From assembly GCA_023246655.1 (NCBI GenBank), contig JAHFHX010000001.1:28648-92647 (forward strand): DNA of 64,000 nt. Reading direction: 5' to 3'. Source of the DNA: Candidatus Magasanikiibacteriota bacterium. Lineage in GTDB: Bacteria > Patescibacteriota > Patescibacteriia > Magasanikbacterales > GWA2-37-8. Position numbers and translations under genes: made by a program. Each line of letters opens with the position of its first letter. Position 1 is the stretch's first letter. The notes under the pieces were generated by a model. It did not search any database. It worked only from the letters and a program-made list of their open reading frames with translations, and had not been told where the DNA came from. This document shows positions 27,255 through 37,202 of this stretch, one piece after another.

Positions 27255-28358
27255 ATGTCCAAAGATTACTACAAAATTCTCGGTGTTGATAAAAATGCTT
27301 CCACTGATGATATCAAAAAAGCTTTCAAAAAGCTCGCTATGACTCACCACCCTGATCGCCAGGGTGGTAATGAAGCCAAGTTTAAAGAAATCAACGAAGC
27401 CTACCAAGTTTTGGGCGACGCGGAGAAGCGCAAGAAGTTTGATCAGTTTGGTTCGGATTTTGAACAGCAAGGCGGCTTTGGGCAAGGCGCTGGTTGGGAG
27501 GATTTTATGCGCGCGGCGCGCGGCCAGGGTGGCGGCGGAAATTTTTCATTTGATTTCGGTGGCATGGATTTAGGCGATATTTTTGGTGATATGTTCGGCG
27601 GTGGTGGCAGAGGGCGTGGTGGTTCTCGGCAGGCCCGCGGTCGCGATATACAAGTTGATGTGGAACTAGATTTTAAAGAAGCGGCTTTTGGGGTGGAGCG
27701 AGAATTATCACTGCGCAAACAATCCAAATGCGATGTCTGTAGCGGAAGTGGAGCCGAACCAGGAAGTAAAATGGAAAAATGTGGCACCTGTCATGGCCAG
27801 GGCCAAGTCACGCAGGTGCAGCGAACATTTTTGGGTGCCATGCAAACGGTAGCGACGTGTCCAACGTGCCAAGGGCGTGGGGAATCGGCTTCTAAAAAAT
27901 GTAAACACTGCGGCGGTAACGGCGTGATGACAAAATCAACAACGGTGAAAGTAAAACTTCCGGCTGGCATCGACAATGGCCAATCCATCCGTCTTTCCGG
28001 TCACGGTGAAGCCGCGCCGCACGGCGGGCAAAGCGGGGATTTGTATGTTGCCGTCCACATTAAACACTCCAAAATTTTTGAGCGTGATAATTTTGACGTT
28101 TATACCAATGCCGAGATCAGTTTTGTCCAGGCCACACTTGGCGACCATATCTCCGTTGAAACCATTGACGGTGAGTTGAAGGTCGCGGTGCCCGAAGGCA
28201 CAGAGTCTGGTCAGCTCATTCGGCTCCGCGGTAAAGGTGTTCCGCATCTCCAAGGTAGTGGGCGAGGGGATCATTACGTGCGTGTAAAAATTCGGGTGCC
28301 GAAGAAGGTGAGTAAGCAAGCTAAAAAACTTCTTGAAGAATTGAAAAGGGAAATTTAG
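27255..28358 (+). CDS. dnaJ: chaperone DnaJ
   Basis: J-domain HPD, G/F-rich region, four CxxCxGxG repeats. Confidence 0.98.
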   Translation: MSKDYYKILGVDKNASTDDIKKAFKKLAMTHHPDRQGGNEAKFKEINEAYQVLGDAEKRKKFDQFGSDFEQQGGFGQGAGWEDFMRAARGQGGGGNFSFDFGGMDLGDIFGDMFGGGGRGRGGSRQARGRDIQVDVELDFKEAAFGVERELSLRKQSKCDVCSGSGAEPGSKMEKCGTCHGQGQVTQVQRTFLGAMQTVATCPTCQGRGESASKKCKHCGGNGVMTKSTTVKVKLPAGIDNGQSIRLSGHGEAAPHGGQSGDLYVAVHIKHSKIFERDNFDVYTNAEISFVQATLGDHISVETIDGELKVAVPEGTESGQLIRLRGKGVPHLQGSGRGDHYVRVKIRVPKKVSKQAKKLLEELKREI

Positions 28359-28413
28359 CTATTGACAGCATTGTAGTCTAGCGATATAGTAACTACAGAA
28401 GTAAAATTTTTCT

Positions 28414-28728
28414 ATGGAACAAAAAATTAATGAAATCCAACAAACCCTGCATGAAGTTCTCGACGCCGTGAATGATTTGGCGACGAACAATGAGAATAGT
28501 TTCCAAAAATTGGAAACCGACATGACCACAATAAAAGCAACCATGGTAACCAAGGATTATATGGATGTCAAACTGGCTGATCTCAAAGGCGACCTAGTTT
28601 TACTCATGCGCAAAGAAGACACCAAGCTCAAAGCGTTGGTAGATATTTTGCATCAGAAAAAAGTTATTTCCCAAACTGACGCCCAGCATATTTTTGGCAT
28701 GGACCCGTTTCCCCAGGCGGCGTTGTAA
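28414..28728 (+). CDS. hypothetical coiled-coil protein (probable paralog of 14256-14621)
   Basis: TTGACA-N17-TATAGT promoter; YMDVKLAD motif. Confidence 0.75.
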   Translation: MEQKINEIQQTLHEVLDAVNDLATNNENSFQKLETDMTTIKATMVTKDYMDVKLADLKGDLVLLMRKEDTKLKALVDILHQKKVISQTDAQHIFGMDPFPQAAL

Positions 28729-28891
28729 ATTTAAGATTAGCCACAATTTTAGAAAAATCCCTTCCCCACAGGGCTTTTTTATTTTATTCACACCCAAGCC
28801 TTGCAATCAAGAGAGAGAGAGTACTATTGGAATATCACCTCTTAGCTTAATTACTAATTTAAGCCATTTAATTCGTTTAATCATTACAATT

Positions 28892-29437
28892 ATGAAAGAA
28901 GGAACAAAAAAAGGCTTGGTTGCAGCGGGGATTCTTGCCGCTGGTCTTGAAGGGGCGCATGTAAATAGCAAACTTGACGATATAGCACAGGCTGCTGACA
29001 AAACTCACCAGCTTGCTGAGGAAACCCACGATATTGCTGGCGCGCCAGAGGCTGAACAGAGCGATTATCGTTTTTTGCTAGGAGTGCTTCAGCGTATACA
29101 GGACACTGACAATAACGATCATTACTCCCATAAAAAAAGCGTAGACGCCCAGGGGAGTGCGTTTGTAATTTTAGAGTATAAAGATGGCTTAACAGCAACA
29201 TTGGGTCGCATTTCGAAATGGCCGAGCCTATTCTATGGCGCTGACTTTGCAAAAAGGAGTGTGATTCAGAAAGACAACCTGCAGAAATTGACAGCAGGTG
29301 TCGTAAAAGAATTAAGCCATCGGCTTCAAGAAGTACAGGATTCTTGGTTTCCCGGCGGATTTCCCAATCACGCTAAAGATATAGCAGACTTATCGAAATT
29401 AACAGCAAGCGTTGACAGGCAACTCAGTGAAAAATAA
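28892..29437 (+). CDS. hypothetical protein with N-terminal KKG-hydrophobic segment
   Basis: MKEGTKKGLVAAGILAAGL. Confidence 0.65.
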   Translation: MKEGTKKGLVAAGILAAGLEGAHVNSKLDDIAQAADKTHQLAEETHDIAGAPEAEQSDYRFLLGVLQRIQDTDNNDHYSHKKSVDAQGSAFVILEYKDGLTATLGRISKWPSLFYGADFAKRSVIQKDNLQKLTAGVVKELSHRLQEVQDSWFPGGFPNHAKDIADLSKLTASVDRQLSEK

Positions 29438-29465
29438 AAATGAAAATTATTTACTACATCACCAT

Positions 29466-29876
29466 ATGATGCCTGAAGCCGGCCCAATAAGTGCGGAGCA
29501 AGAAGTCAAAAATTTAGTGTTGGAAAACGAAATTTTTAAAGATATAATTCAGCAAGTTTGTTTTGATTTTGATAATTCATTGACCGAGTTACAACGAGGA
29601 GAAGAATTGCATGAGAAAGGCAATTGGAAAACGCAATCAACCGAAGAATTAAAAATGTTAAAAATGTTATTGACGCGTAACCCGGTGACCAGACGAGAGA
29701 TTGGGATATTATTAAAACGGATAAGCGGCGCCGATGACGTGGTAGCCAGCGAAGCGCGGCAAGAGTTAAAAAAAATAGCGTGGGATACCCTTGAGCGAGG
29801 TAGAAAATCCAATATGTTTAATCGCGCGGGAGTTAGCAATGATGACGTAGACAAGTTTACGGGCAAAACAGCTTAA
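29466..29876 (+). CDS. hypothetical protein
   Basis: Open frame with host-like composition. Confidence 0.6.
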   Translation: MMPEAGPISAEQEVKNLVLENEIFKDIIQQVCFDFDNSLTELQRGEELHEKGNWKTQSTEELKMLKMLLTRNPVTRREIGILLKRISGADDVVASEARQELKKIAWDTLERGRKSNMFNRAGVSNDDVDKFTGKTA

Positions 29877-29962
29877 ATTGCCAAAGCAATTTGAATTCTT
29901 TAATAGGCGCAATCATTATTTCAACCTTGAAAACAGCCTGCCATCTATGGTATGCTGTTTTT

Positions 29963-30471
29963 ATGTCCAAGCGCGAGTTTGAGAAATTTTATAATAACCA
30001 TTTGGACAAAGTTTACCGCTTTGTTTTTTTTCGTTGTAATGGCAATCGTGAGTTGACCGAGGATCTGGTTTCGGAAATTTTTATGAAAGCCCTGGAGCAT
30101 TTTGATAGTTATGATGAGAAGGTGAGTAAAAGCGCTTGGATTATGACGATCACGCGCAATCACCTGGCCAATTATTGGCGTGATAGCAAAAAAACCTCTT
30201 TACTGCCTGAGGACGAAGATCGCGAAGATCAGGAGGGAACCGGTGACGGTTTTGGCTAGCCGCAGCCAAACATATTTTTGAAAAAGAGAAAAGTCAGAGC
30301 GAGGTATATGAACTTTTGGCTAAAATTGAGCCTGCTGAGGCTGAATTAGTAACTTTTCACTATATTTTAGGGTATAGTTATGCAGAAATTGGTGAGTTGA
30401 AGGGGCAAACTGAGGGAGCTGTCAAAGTGGCGGCTCATCGCGCGTTGAAGAAATTAAGGTCGTTATTATAA
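29963..30471 (+). pseudogene. ECF sigma-70 factor split by a 1-nt frameshift at 30250-30253
   Basis: Region 2 (VYRFVFFR...EDLVSEIFMKAL...AWIMTITRN) stops at 30259; region 4 (GYSYAEIGELKGQTEGAVKVAAHRALKKLR) continues in the -1 frame to 30471. Confidence 0.85.
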
Positions 30472-30478
30472 TTTTGGA

Positions 30479-30577
30479 TTGTCCCCTCCTTGCGAAGGAG
30501 GGGCGAGGGGTGGTCCAAGTTGCGTCGACACAGAGCGTTGACCCCTCCCTGTCCTCCCCTTCGTAAGGAGAGGACAA
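30479..30577. repeat. CCCCTCC...GGAGGGG palindromic element
   Basis: ttgtcccctccttgcgaaggagggg...cccttcgtaaggagaggacaa. Confidence 0.75.
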
Positions 30578-30592
30578 CGAAAAACAAACAGT

Positions 30593-31531
30593 ATGATTCG
30601 CAATATCAGATACAACTTATGGAAAATGAAATGCTCGCTCAAACCCGGGCGTGCTTTTAATAGAACACTTTGGCGAAAGTTAGATGATGCGTGGTCTGAT
30701 TATCATCATGTACCGCGGACATGGTATCAGCGGCATGTGATGCGTTTGGCCACGGCCGCGGTGAGCGGTTTTGTGGTGTGCGCGAGCGCTGCGACGGGCG
30801 CGTATGCCTACACTAGTCCGGATGTTACTGAGGGCAACATTCTTTATCCAATTAAGCAGACACTCGAGCAGGTTGAAGAGAAAACTAAGCATACGCCCGA
30901 AGCGAAAGCGCAATTTTATTTAAAGCAATTATCACGGCGGGAAGCTGAGAAAAAGACGCTCGAGCACAGGCAAGAGCGCACGGAGCGGCTGGAAGCACAG
31001 ATAAATCAAATTGAGGTCAAGCTCGAAGCAACCGAACATGAACTTACTACCAGCACCCTTGTTAATAATACCGAACTGCGCGAGAAAATGTATAATCGAT
31101 TGGAAAAACGGAAGAATCGTTTAGAAAAACAAAAAAAGAAATTGGACGAGCGGTTATTGAAGTTGAATCTTCAAGCTCATATTCTTGTCACGAGTTCGTC
31201 TACTAACCTTGAACCCGAGTCTGAGAATAAAGAGTCTACCGAAATAGGCGCCTCCTTTAGTGTTTCTGTGGAGAAACGCAGAGATACCTCGAATGCGACT
31301 CGTCGCGCTGAGCGTCTCAAACGATTGGAACAACACCCTGAGCGTTTAGAAGAAGGATCGCAGCAGTTTGATACGGTTTCAGCCTCAACCACTGAAACAA
31401 TTCAAGAAGGTGGTGGTACTGAAGCGTCTCGACCTGGTAAAGATAATTTTAGACAGAGGCTTGAACGGCGACGCGATCAAATAATCCAAAATAAATTGAT
31501 TCACTTGATTCCGCAACCGAGGGGGCGGTAA
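30593..31531 (+). CDS. putative anti-sigma / DUF5667-like membrane-anchored protein
   Basis: Follows the ECF sigma; one TM segment then GNILYPIKQTLEQV motif and coiled coil. Confidence 0.65.
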   Translation: MIRNIRYNLWKMKCSLKPGRAFNRTLWRKLDDAWSDYHHVPRTWYQRHVMRLATAAVSGFVVCASAATGAYAYTSPDVTEGNILYPIKQTLEQVEEKTKHTPEAKAQFYLKQLSRREAEKKTLEHRQERTERLEAQINQIEVKLEATEHELTTSTLVNNTELREKMYNRLEKRKNRLEKQKKKLDERLLKLNLQAHILVTSSSTNLEPESENKESTEIGASFSVSVEKRRDTSNATRRAERLKRLEQHPERLEEGSQQFDTVSASTTETIQEGGGTEASRPGKDNFRQRLERRRDQIIQNKLIHLIPQPRGR

Positions 31532-31556
31532 CTTTTTTTCTCGTCATGGGTATAGT
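31526..31556 (+). promoter_or_regulatory. putative ECF promoter
   Basis: GTAAC-tttttttctcgtcatg-GGTAT, an AAC-type -35 element. Confidence 0.35.
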
Positions 31557-31638
31557 AATCTGCTTCTGATGCTTCTGTCATAGTCGAGACAGGAGTTGTC
31601 CAGGGCTCATACATAATTAATTATTAATTTTAAAATAT

Positions 31639-32586
31639 ATGAAAAGAATTTTTACCACCGTAACCATCATTGCGCTATCACTTTTTCAAGCTTTACCAGC
31701 TCTAGCCATGGAAGCGTCAAGCACGGTTTCGGTAACTACAACTAATCGTGGTCAGGTCATGAAGGATTTGCGCCATGATATTAATGAGAAGCGTAAAGAA
31801 GTTCGCGACGAATTGAAAGATAAAATGAAAGCGGTGCGGAATGAAATTAAAGACAAGATGAAAGAAGTTCAGGATGAGTTTAGAGGCAAAATGAAAGATG
31901 TTCGTGACGAATTTAAGGAGAAGCGAGATGAAATGAAACACAAACTTATCCGTCGTGAACTCATGCTGCACGGAGAACTTACCGCCATGAGTGGGGTAAC
32001 TGCTCCCGCCACGCTGACGGTTAAAGTGAGTGATGTGCGGCCAGATTTTCATAAACAATGGGAATTGGTCTCCAGCTCAACGTTCCCCGGCAAAGATAAA
32101 ATAGTCACTGTAAAAGTTGATGCGAAAACTAAAGTTGTTCGCCGTTTCAATGGCAAGAGCGGCCTTGATGAATTGACGGTGGGGGACACGATGCAGATTG
32201 TGGGGCGTTTGAACGAAGATGGTAGCGTATCGGCGCGTGTGGTGAAGGATGATTCTATCCAAATGACACATCGCGTGTATCACGGGACGATTGGTTCGCT
32301 GGACGCTACAGCGAAATCATTCAGCCTGACCCTCATGAGTTCATCGTCCGTTGCCTTTATGGTCAAGACTGACAGTAATACCAAATTCATGATCCCGGGT
32401 GTGACCAGTACCTCGTTTGCTAATTTGAAGGTCGGCGACAAGGTATGGATACGCGGTATAGTGAACACACGCACGAAGATTATTGATGCTAATGTAGTGA
32501 AAGTAAAACTTCCAGTGGTAGCCCCTGCTCCAGCCCCGACCCCAACGTCAACTCCAACACCAACTTCAACCGCGTCTTCGACTTAA
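31639..32586 (+). CDS. secreted protein with repeated DUF5666-like beta domains
   Basis: Signal peptide (ALA-M), charged repeat helix, two L.VGD.(M/V).I.G repeats. Confidence 0.7.
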   Translation: MKRIFTTVTIIALSLFQALPALAMEASSTVSVTTTNRGQVMKDLRHDINEKRKEVRDELKDKMKAVRNEIKDKMKEVQDEFRGKMKDVRDEFKEKRDEMKHKLIRRELMLHGELTAMSGVTAPATLTVKVSDVRPDFHKQWELVSSSTFPGKDKIVTVKVDAKTKVVRRFNGKSGLDELTVGDTMQIVGRLNEDGSVSARVVKDDSIQMTHRVYHGTIGSLDATAKSFSLTLMSSSSVAFMVKTDSNTKFMIPGVTSTSFANLKVGDKVWIRGIVNTRTKIIDANVVKVKLPVVAPAPAPTPTSTPTPTSTASST

Positions 32587-32597
32587 ATAATCAGTAG

Positions 32598-32630
32598 AAA
32601 AAAACATCCCGACTTAGTCGGGATGTTTTT
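32598..32630. terminator. palindromic repeat / bidirectional terminator overlapping the rnhA stop
   Basis: AAAAAACATCCCGACTTAGTCGGGATGTTTTT. Confidence 0.75.
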
Positions 32631-33024
32631 GATTATCTAAAATTTTATTCACCTCCGCATCCGCCTCTTTGTTCCCGGCACGCATGGTGTGGCGATACGT
32701 TACTTTTTTAAATTGCGTGGCAGTGTTGTAGACCTGCATAAATAATTTTTGGAGTGTTGGCTCTTTCACTTTGTACTCTCCTCGCATTTGTTTTACGATC
32801 AGTTCGCTATCGAGTACGCAGTGAACTTCGGTCGCACCAAGCTCTTTAGCTTTTTTGAGAGCAGAAATAAGGGCCGAGTACTCAGCAAAGTTATTAGTTT
32901 GGTGCCCCAAATATTCGCCATAGTGCGCCAGCACAACGCCCGCCTCATTTTTGATAACAATGCCAGCGGCAGCTGGCCCCGGGTTGCCACGCGCTCCGCC
33001 ATCGGTGTGGGTGATTAATTTCAT
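32614..33024 (-). CDS. rnhA: ribonuclease HI (archaeal-like family)
   Basis: TDGGARGNPGPAA, TNNFAEY, DSELIVKQM.G.YKVK, NKEAD. Confidence 0.93.
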   Translation of the reverse strand: MKLITHTDGGARGNPGPAAAGIVIKNEAGVVLAHYGEYLGHQTNNFAEYSALISALKKAKELGATEVHCVLDSELIVKQMRGEYKVKEPTLQKLFMQVYNTATQFKKVTYRHTMRAGNKEADAEVNKILDNQKHPD

Positions 33025-33131
33025 AACACAGATTACGCAGATTAATAAATTGGATTACGCAGATTAGTGATAGTGATTACAGAGATTTCCAAATCCGTGT
33101 AATCCTCACCGTTAATCCGCGTAATCGGTGT

Positions 33132-34472
33132 TTAATATGGTAGTTTCCAAAGTCCCTGGTTATCTACAAAGTAGAGTATACGCCTCGATGTATCTACGGT
33201 AAAGGCAGAAATTGATTGTGGGGCCAGTTCTTGTTCAATATTATAGCTAGAAAAAAGAATAGCAAGTTTATTGCCTCGGAGGAGTGCTAGAGTAGCTTCA
33301 TCGAGTGGTAACACCTGGGCAAGAGTATCACTAAAACGGTTAATTAGATATGGTTCACCTTCTTCCGGAAAGTCCCAAAGTTCCCACGGTGTCCAGATGA
33401 TCCACTCACCTGATTTTAATGAACGAACAAATTGTCCCTGGCTGAATTGTCGGTATTTATTTGGAGTCACCAGAAGCAATTCGTTAGAATGCAATTGTTT
33501 AAGCCACACAACGGCTTTATGAGCGGCTGCTATTCTCCATCCAGACGTAGTTGCGTTGGTTGGTAGTGTGATAGTGGTCCAGGGAGTCATAAAACCAAGT
33601 ACATCTTTGATAATCCGGAGTTGCCCAGTGGTGGTACTGTTTTCAAGAGCCCACAATTCTCCGTCATCTATATGCCAATCCATAAAGGTATGGGTGGCAA
33701 CAGGAAGCTGGTGTTGAAGGCGTGGGAAGAGTACGTTAAGGGTTGTGCTGGTATTATAATAGAGTTCTGGTTCAGTAGTATTTCGCCACTCAAAAGAGAT
33801 AATCGGTGCTGAAGTTGTTGATTGTATATCAAATTGATGTTCTATATTTTCACTATCAATTACCACCAGTGTTGGTGAAGAGTTTGAATTATCTGTGAGG
33901 GCCAAGAAATTCGTGCGAGGTGCCCAGATCAAACGAACTGGTTTTAAGGAAGCGATGCTCCGAATGTGGAGAAAGATTTTCTTTTGAGTATTATATAGCC
34001 AGAGTTCAGTGCTACTCGCTGAAGAGGCTTTAGTATAGGCCAGATATTGACCATCAGTTGAAAGAGCAATTTTAGGGATCGTGCCTGTAGCTATTTGTTC
34101 AGGTGATGCCTTTTTTAGTAAATGAATATTATTAATATAGGTAGTTTGTTCATTCGTAACTACAATTTGTTTTTCCCAATCATAATAATTGGGGGCGCTG
34201 ATACGCAATCGGTATGTCTGGGGCTTAATGTTTGTTAAGCGAATCGGTATATCTTTATGGATAAGCAGATCATTCAAGTACACCACAGCATTTTTAGGAA
34301 GTATATCAATATTAACGCTCCCCGTTGCCTTGAGTAGACCGTTTTTTATGTCGTAGCGAAATCCAGCAGTATAGAGGAGTACAGCTGGTACCAGTACACA
34401 AAATAAGAAGATAAAAATACCCAGTACGAATAATCGCCAGGGACGGGTAAACACAGCGCCAGGATACTCCAT
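33132..34472 (-). CDS. membrane-anchored PEGA-domain protein with beta-propeller-like region
   Basis: TM, GFRYD...ATGSVNIDILPKNAVVYLND, NYYDWEK. Confidence 0.75.
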   Translation of the reverse strand: MEYPGAVFTRPWRLFVLGIFIFLFCVLVPAVLLYTAGFRYDIKNGLLKATGSVNIDILPKNAVVYLNDLLIHKDIPIRLTNIKPQTYRLRISAPNYYDWEKQIVVTNEQTTYINNIHLLKKASPEQIATGTIPKIALSTDGQYLAYTKASSASSTELWLYNTQKKIFLHIRSIASLKPVRLIWAPRTNFLALTDNSNSSPTLVVIDSENIEHQFDIQSTTSAPIISFEWRNTTEPELYYNTSTTLNVLFPRLQHQLPVATHTFMDWHIDDGELWALENSTTTGQLRIIKDVLGFMTPWTTITLPTNATTSGWRIAAAHKAVVWLKQLHSNELLLVTPNKYRQFSQGQFVRSLKSGEWIIWTPWELWDFPEEGEPYLINRFSDTLAQVLPLDEATLALLRGNKLAILFSSYNIEQELAPQSISAFTVDTSRRILYFVDNQGLWKLPY

Positions 34473-34583
34473 AGTGTGGTTATTGAAGAGCTAAGTGAGA
34501 CTGTTGCCAGGTACGTTTAATTATAGTATACTCAATCATACGTGAAAAAATCGTCGCCGTCAAAGATGAAAACTGTTTGTAGT

Positions 34584-35891
34584 ATGTCATATCTTATCAT
34601 TGAAGGAAGAAGAAAATTACAGGGCGCCATTGCGACCCAGTCGAATAAAAATTCGGCTTTAGCAATTTTATTTGCCTCCCTCATGATTAAAGGAAAAACC
34701 ACGCTCGTTGATCTTCCAGCGATTGATGACGTAGAGCAAGTGCTCGCGCTCTTTATCAGTATCGGAGTCAAAGTTAAACGCCCAGCGTCCGGGGAAGTTG
34801 TCATCGACGCTACTCATCCATTAGCGCTCGAACACATGGATCCGGCGGTAACCAAACGCATTCGCGCTTCCCTGTTGTTGTGGGGCGCGCTCGCCGCACG
34901 TGCTCAAAATTATAAAGTGTACAAATCAGGTGGCTGCCATTTAGGTGAACGCACGGTTCGCCCTCATTTTTATGCCCTTCAAAAATTTGGTGTCACCGTC
35001 ACCTCACACGAAAAATATTACGCCGTTCAAAATGCCCCACTTAAAGCCGCGGCTGTGACCATGTATGAATCGGGCGATACCACGACAGAAAATGTCATCA
35101 TGGCTGCTGTATTGTCTCCCGGAACCACCACTATTAAGATGGCATCCGCCAATTACATGGTTCAGGATCTCTGTTATTTTCTCAATCGTGCTGGTGCCAA
35201 GATTATTGGCATTGGGTCCACTACTCTCGTCATCACCGGAGTAAAAAAATTACGACCAGTTACCCAGTATCCTATTATGCCGGATCCAATTGCTGCCATG
35301 ACGTTTATTGCTGCCGCGATTGTTACCGGCTCGCACCTGCTTATTAAAAATTGCCCACTGGAATTTTTAGAATTGGAACTGTGTAAATTAGAGGTGATGG
35401 GACAGAAGTATAAGTTAAAAAATAAACGCCAATCAAAAAACGGTGCTTTCCAAATTGTTGATGTTGAAATTTTTCCAAGCACGCTCACCGCGCTCCCTGA
35501 TAAAATTTATGGCCGCCCGTTTCCCGGTTTAAATATTGATAATTTACCTTTATTTATTCCTATTTTGCTTACTGCCCATGGCCGCACGTTAGTCCATGAT
35601 TGGGCCTATGAAAATAGAGCGGTGTATAGTTTGGATCTTCAGAAGTTAGGAGCTCATATTACCCTGCTTGATCCTCATCGGTTGTGGGTGGAAGGCCCAA
35701 CGAAATTTGTTCCAGCTGAACTCACCTGCCCTCCGGCTCTTCGTCCGGCAGTGAATGTGCTCATTGCCATGCTGGCAGCGCCTGGCACATCAATTTTACG
35801 TGGTACTGATACTATTGATCGTGGTTATGAAAATATATATGCACTTTTAAATAAAGCTGGGGCACATATTGAAATCCGATCAGAAAAATAG
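34584..35891 (+). CDS. murA: UDP-N-acetylglucosamine 1-carboxyvinyltransferase
   Basis: NKNSAL, RASLLL.GAL, GGCHLGER, TENVIMAAV, FPG...D, IDRGYE. Confidence 0.92.
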   Translation: MSYLIIEGRRKLQGAIATQSNKNSALAILFASLMIKGKTTLVDLPAIDDVEQVLALFISIGVKVKRPASGEVVIDATHPLALEHMDPAVTKRIRASLLLWGALAARAQNYKVYKSGGCHLGERTVRPHFYALQKFGVTVTSHEKYYAVQNAPLKAAAVTMYESGDTTTENVIMAAVLSPGTTTIKMASANYMVQDLCYFLNRAGAKIIGIGSTTLVITGVKKLRPVTQYPIMPDPIAAMTFIAAAIVTGSHLLIKNCPLEFLELELCKLEVMGQKYKLKNKRQSKNGAFQIVDVEIFPSTLTALPDKIYGRPFPGLNIDNLPLFIPILLTAHGRTLVHDWAYENRAVYSLDLQKLGAHITLLDPHRLWVEGPTKFVPAELTCPPALRPAVNVLIAMLAAPGTSILRGTDTIDRGYENIYALLNKAGAHIEIRSEK

Positions 35892-35916
35892 ATTCATCAG
35901 AATTAATTATTTTTTT

Positions 35917-37188
35917 ATGCCTTCATCTCCATCGGCAAATTCGCTTCGTAGTTATCGATATATTGGGCTCTATCTGGGGGTGGTCATTGCCCTGGTAGCT
36001 TTTGGGAGCGGTATTTTAGTTGGACGTAACTCCACCCTTATCAAATCAAATCCAGCAGTTTCCAATCAGTCAGAAATTTCCCAAATTATTAATGTCGATC
36101 GCTCGATAAACCATGTCACGACGGTTGATTTTAATCAGTTTTGGCAGATTTGGGACCGAGTGAAACAAAAATATGTCCGACAACCAGTGAAAGAAACGGA
36201 AGTGTTTTATGGTGCTCTTCAGGGAATGGTAGCAGGTCTTGGTGATCCTTATTCTGCTTATTTTCCACCCAAAGCGGCTGAAGATTTTGTTAAAAGCCTC
36301 TCAGGGGAATTTAGCGGTATCGGAGCGGAAATTGGAGTTAAAAATAGTCAGCTTATGATTATTGCTCCTTTACCTGATTCGCCAGCCCAGCGAGCCGATT
36401 TACGTCCAGGAGATAAAATTTTAGCGATTGATAAACAAATCACTGCGGGGATGGATGTGACGACAGCAGTTATTAAAATTAGAGGACCGGCTGGTACTAC
36501 TACTACATTAACGATTAGTCGAGATGGAATCGCTAAGGCAAAAGAGGTGATTATTACTCGTGCTACTATTAATGTGCCTCCTGTTATCATGACGATCGTA
36601 CCGGGGAATGTTGCCCATCTGCGAGTCATGCAATTTAATGAGCGTACGATACCAGAATTTACCAAGAAAATACGAGAATTAAAAAATAAACAGGTTGCTG
36701 GTTTAGTGTTGGATTTGCGTAATAATCCGGGCGGACTCCTTGAGAGCGCAGTAGCAATGGCAAGTAAGTGGATTCCTGAAGGAGTGATTGTAAAAGAGCG
36801 CTTAAATAATAACCAAGAGCGAATTCACGAAACTATGGGGAGGCATGAGCTTGAGGGATTCAAAACCGTTGTGCTTGTCAATGGTGGCTCGGCATCTGCT
36901 TCCGAGATAGTGGCGGGGGCATTGCACGATTATGGAGCCGCAACGGTGGTAGGAGAAAAAACGTTTGGAAAGGGATCGGTCCAGGATTTAGAAGAATTTC
37001 CTGATGGTTCAGCTTTAAAAATTACCATTGCCGAATGGTTTACTCCCAAAGGAGTTAATATTAATGAGAAGGGCATTATGCCTGATATTGAGGTTAAAGA
37101 AGATTTTGAGAAAGAGAAGATCGGGGAGGATGTAATGCTTGATAAAGCACTACACATACTTGGGCAAAAAGAATCAAGCGGACAGTAA
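35917..37188 (+). CDS. S41 family carboxy-terminal processing protease
   Basis: GEFSGIGAEI PDZ, LDLRNNPGGLL, SASASEIVAGAL, KTFGKGSVQ. Confidence 0.95.
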   Translation: MPSSPSANSLRSYRYIGLYLGVVIALVAFGSGILVGRNSTLIKSNPAVSNQSEISQIINVDRSINHVTTVDFNQFWQIWDRVKQKYVRQPVKETEVFYGALQGMVAGLGDPYSAYFPPKAAEDFVKSLSGEFSGIGAEIGVKNSQLMIIAPLPDSPAQRADLRPGDKILAIDKQITAGMDVTTAVIKIRGPAGTTTTLTISRDGIAKAKEVIITRATINVPPVIMTIVPGNVAHLRVMQFNERTIPEFTKKIRELKNKQVAGLVLDLRNNPGGLLESAVAMASKWIPEGVIVKERLNNNQERIHETMGRHELEGFKTVVLVNGGSASASEIVAGALHDYGAATVVGEKTFGKGSVQDLEEFPDGSALKITIAEWFTPKGVNINEKGIMPDIEVKEDFEKEKIGEDVMLDKALHILGQKESSGQ

Positions 37189-37202
37189 GGTGGTTTTTAT
37201 GT

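Noticed and set aside
26556-27485. 309-aa ORF antisense to dnaK/dnaJ
   Set aside because: Typical antisense open frame of Hsp70/DnaJ genes; Ser/Phe-rich shadow composition
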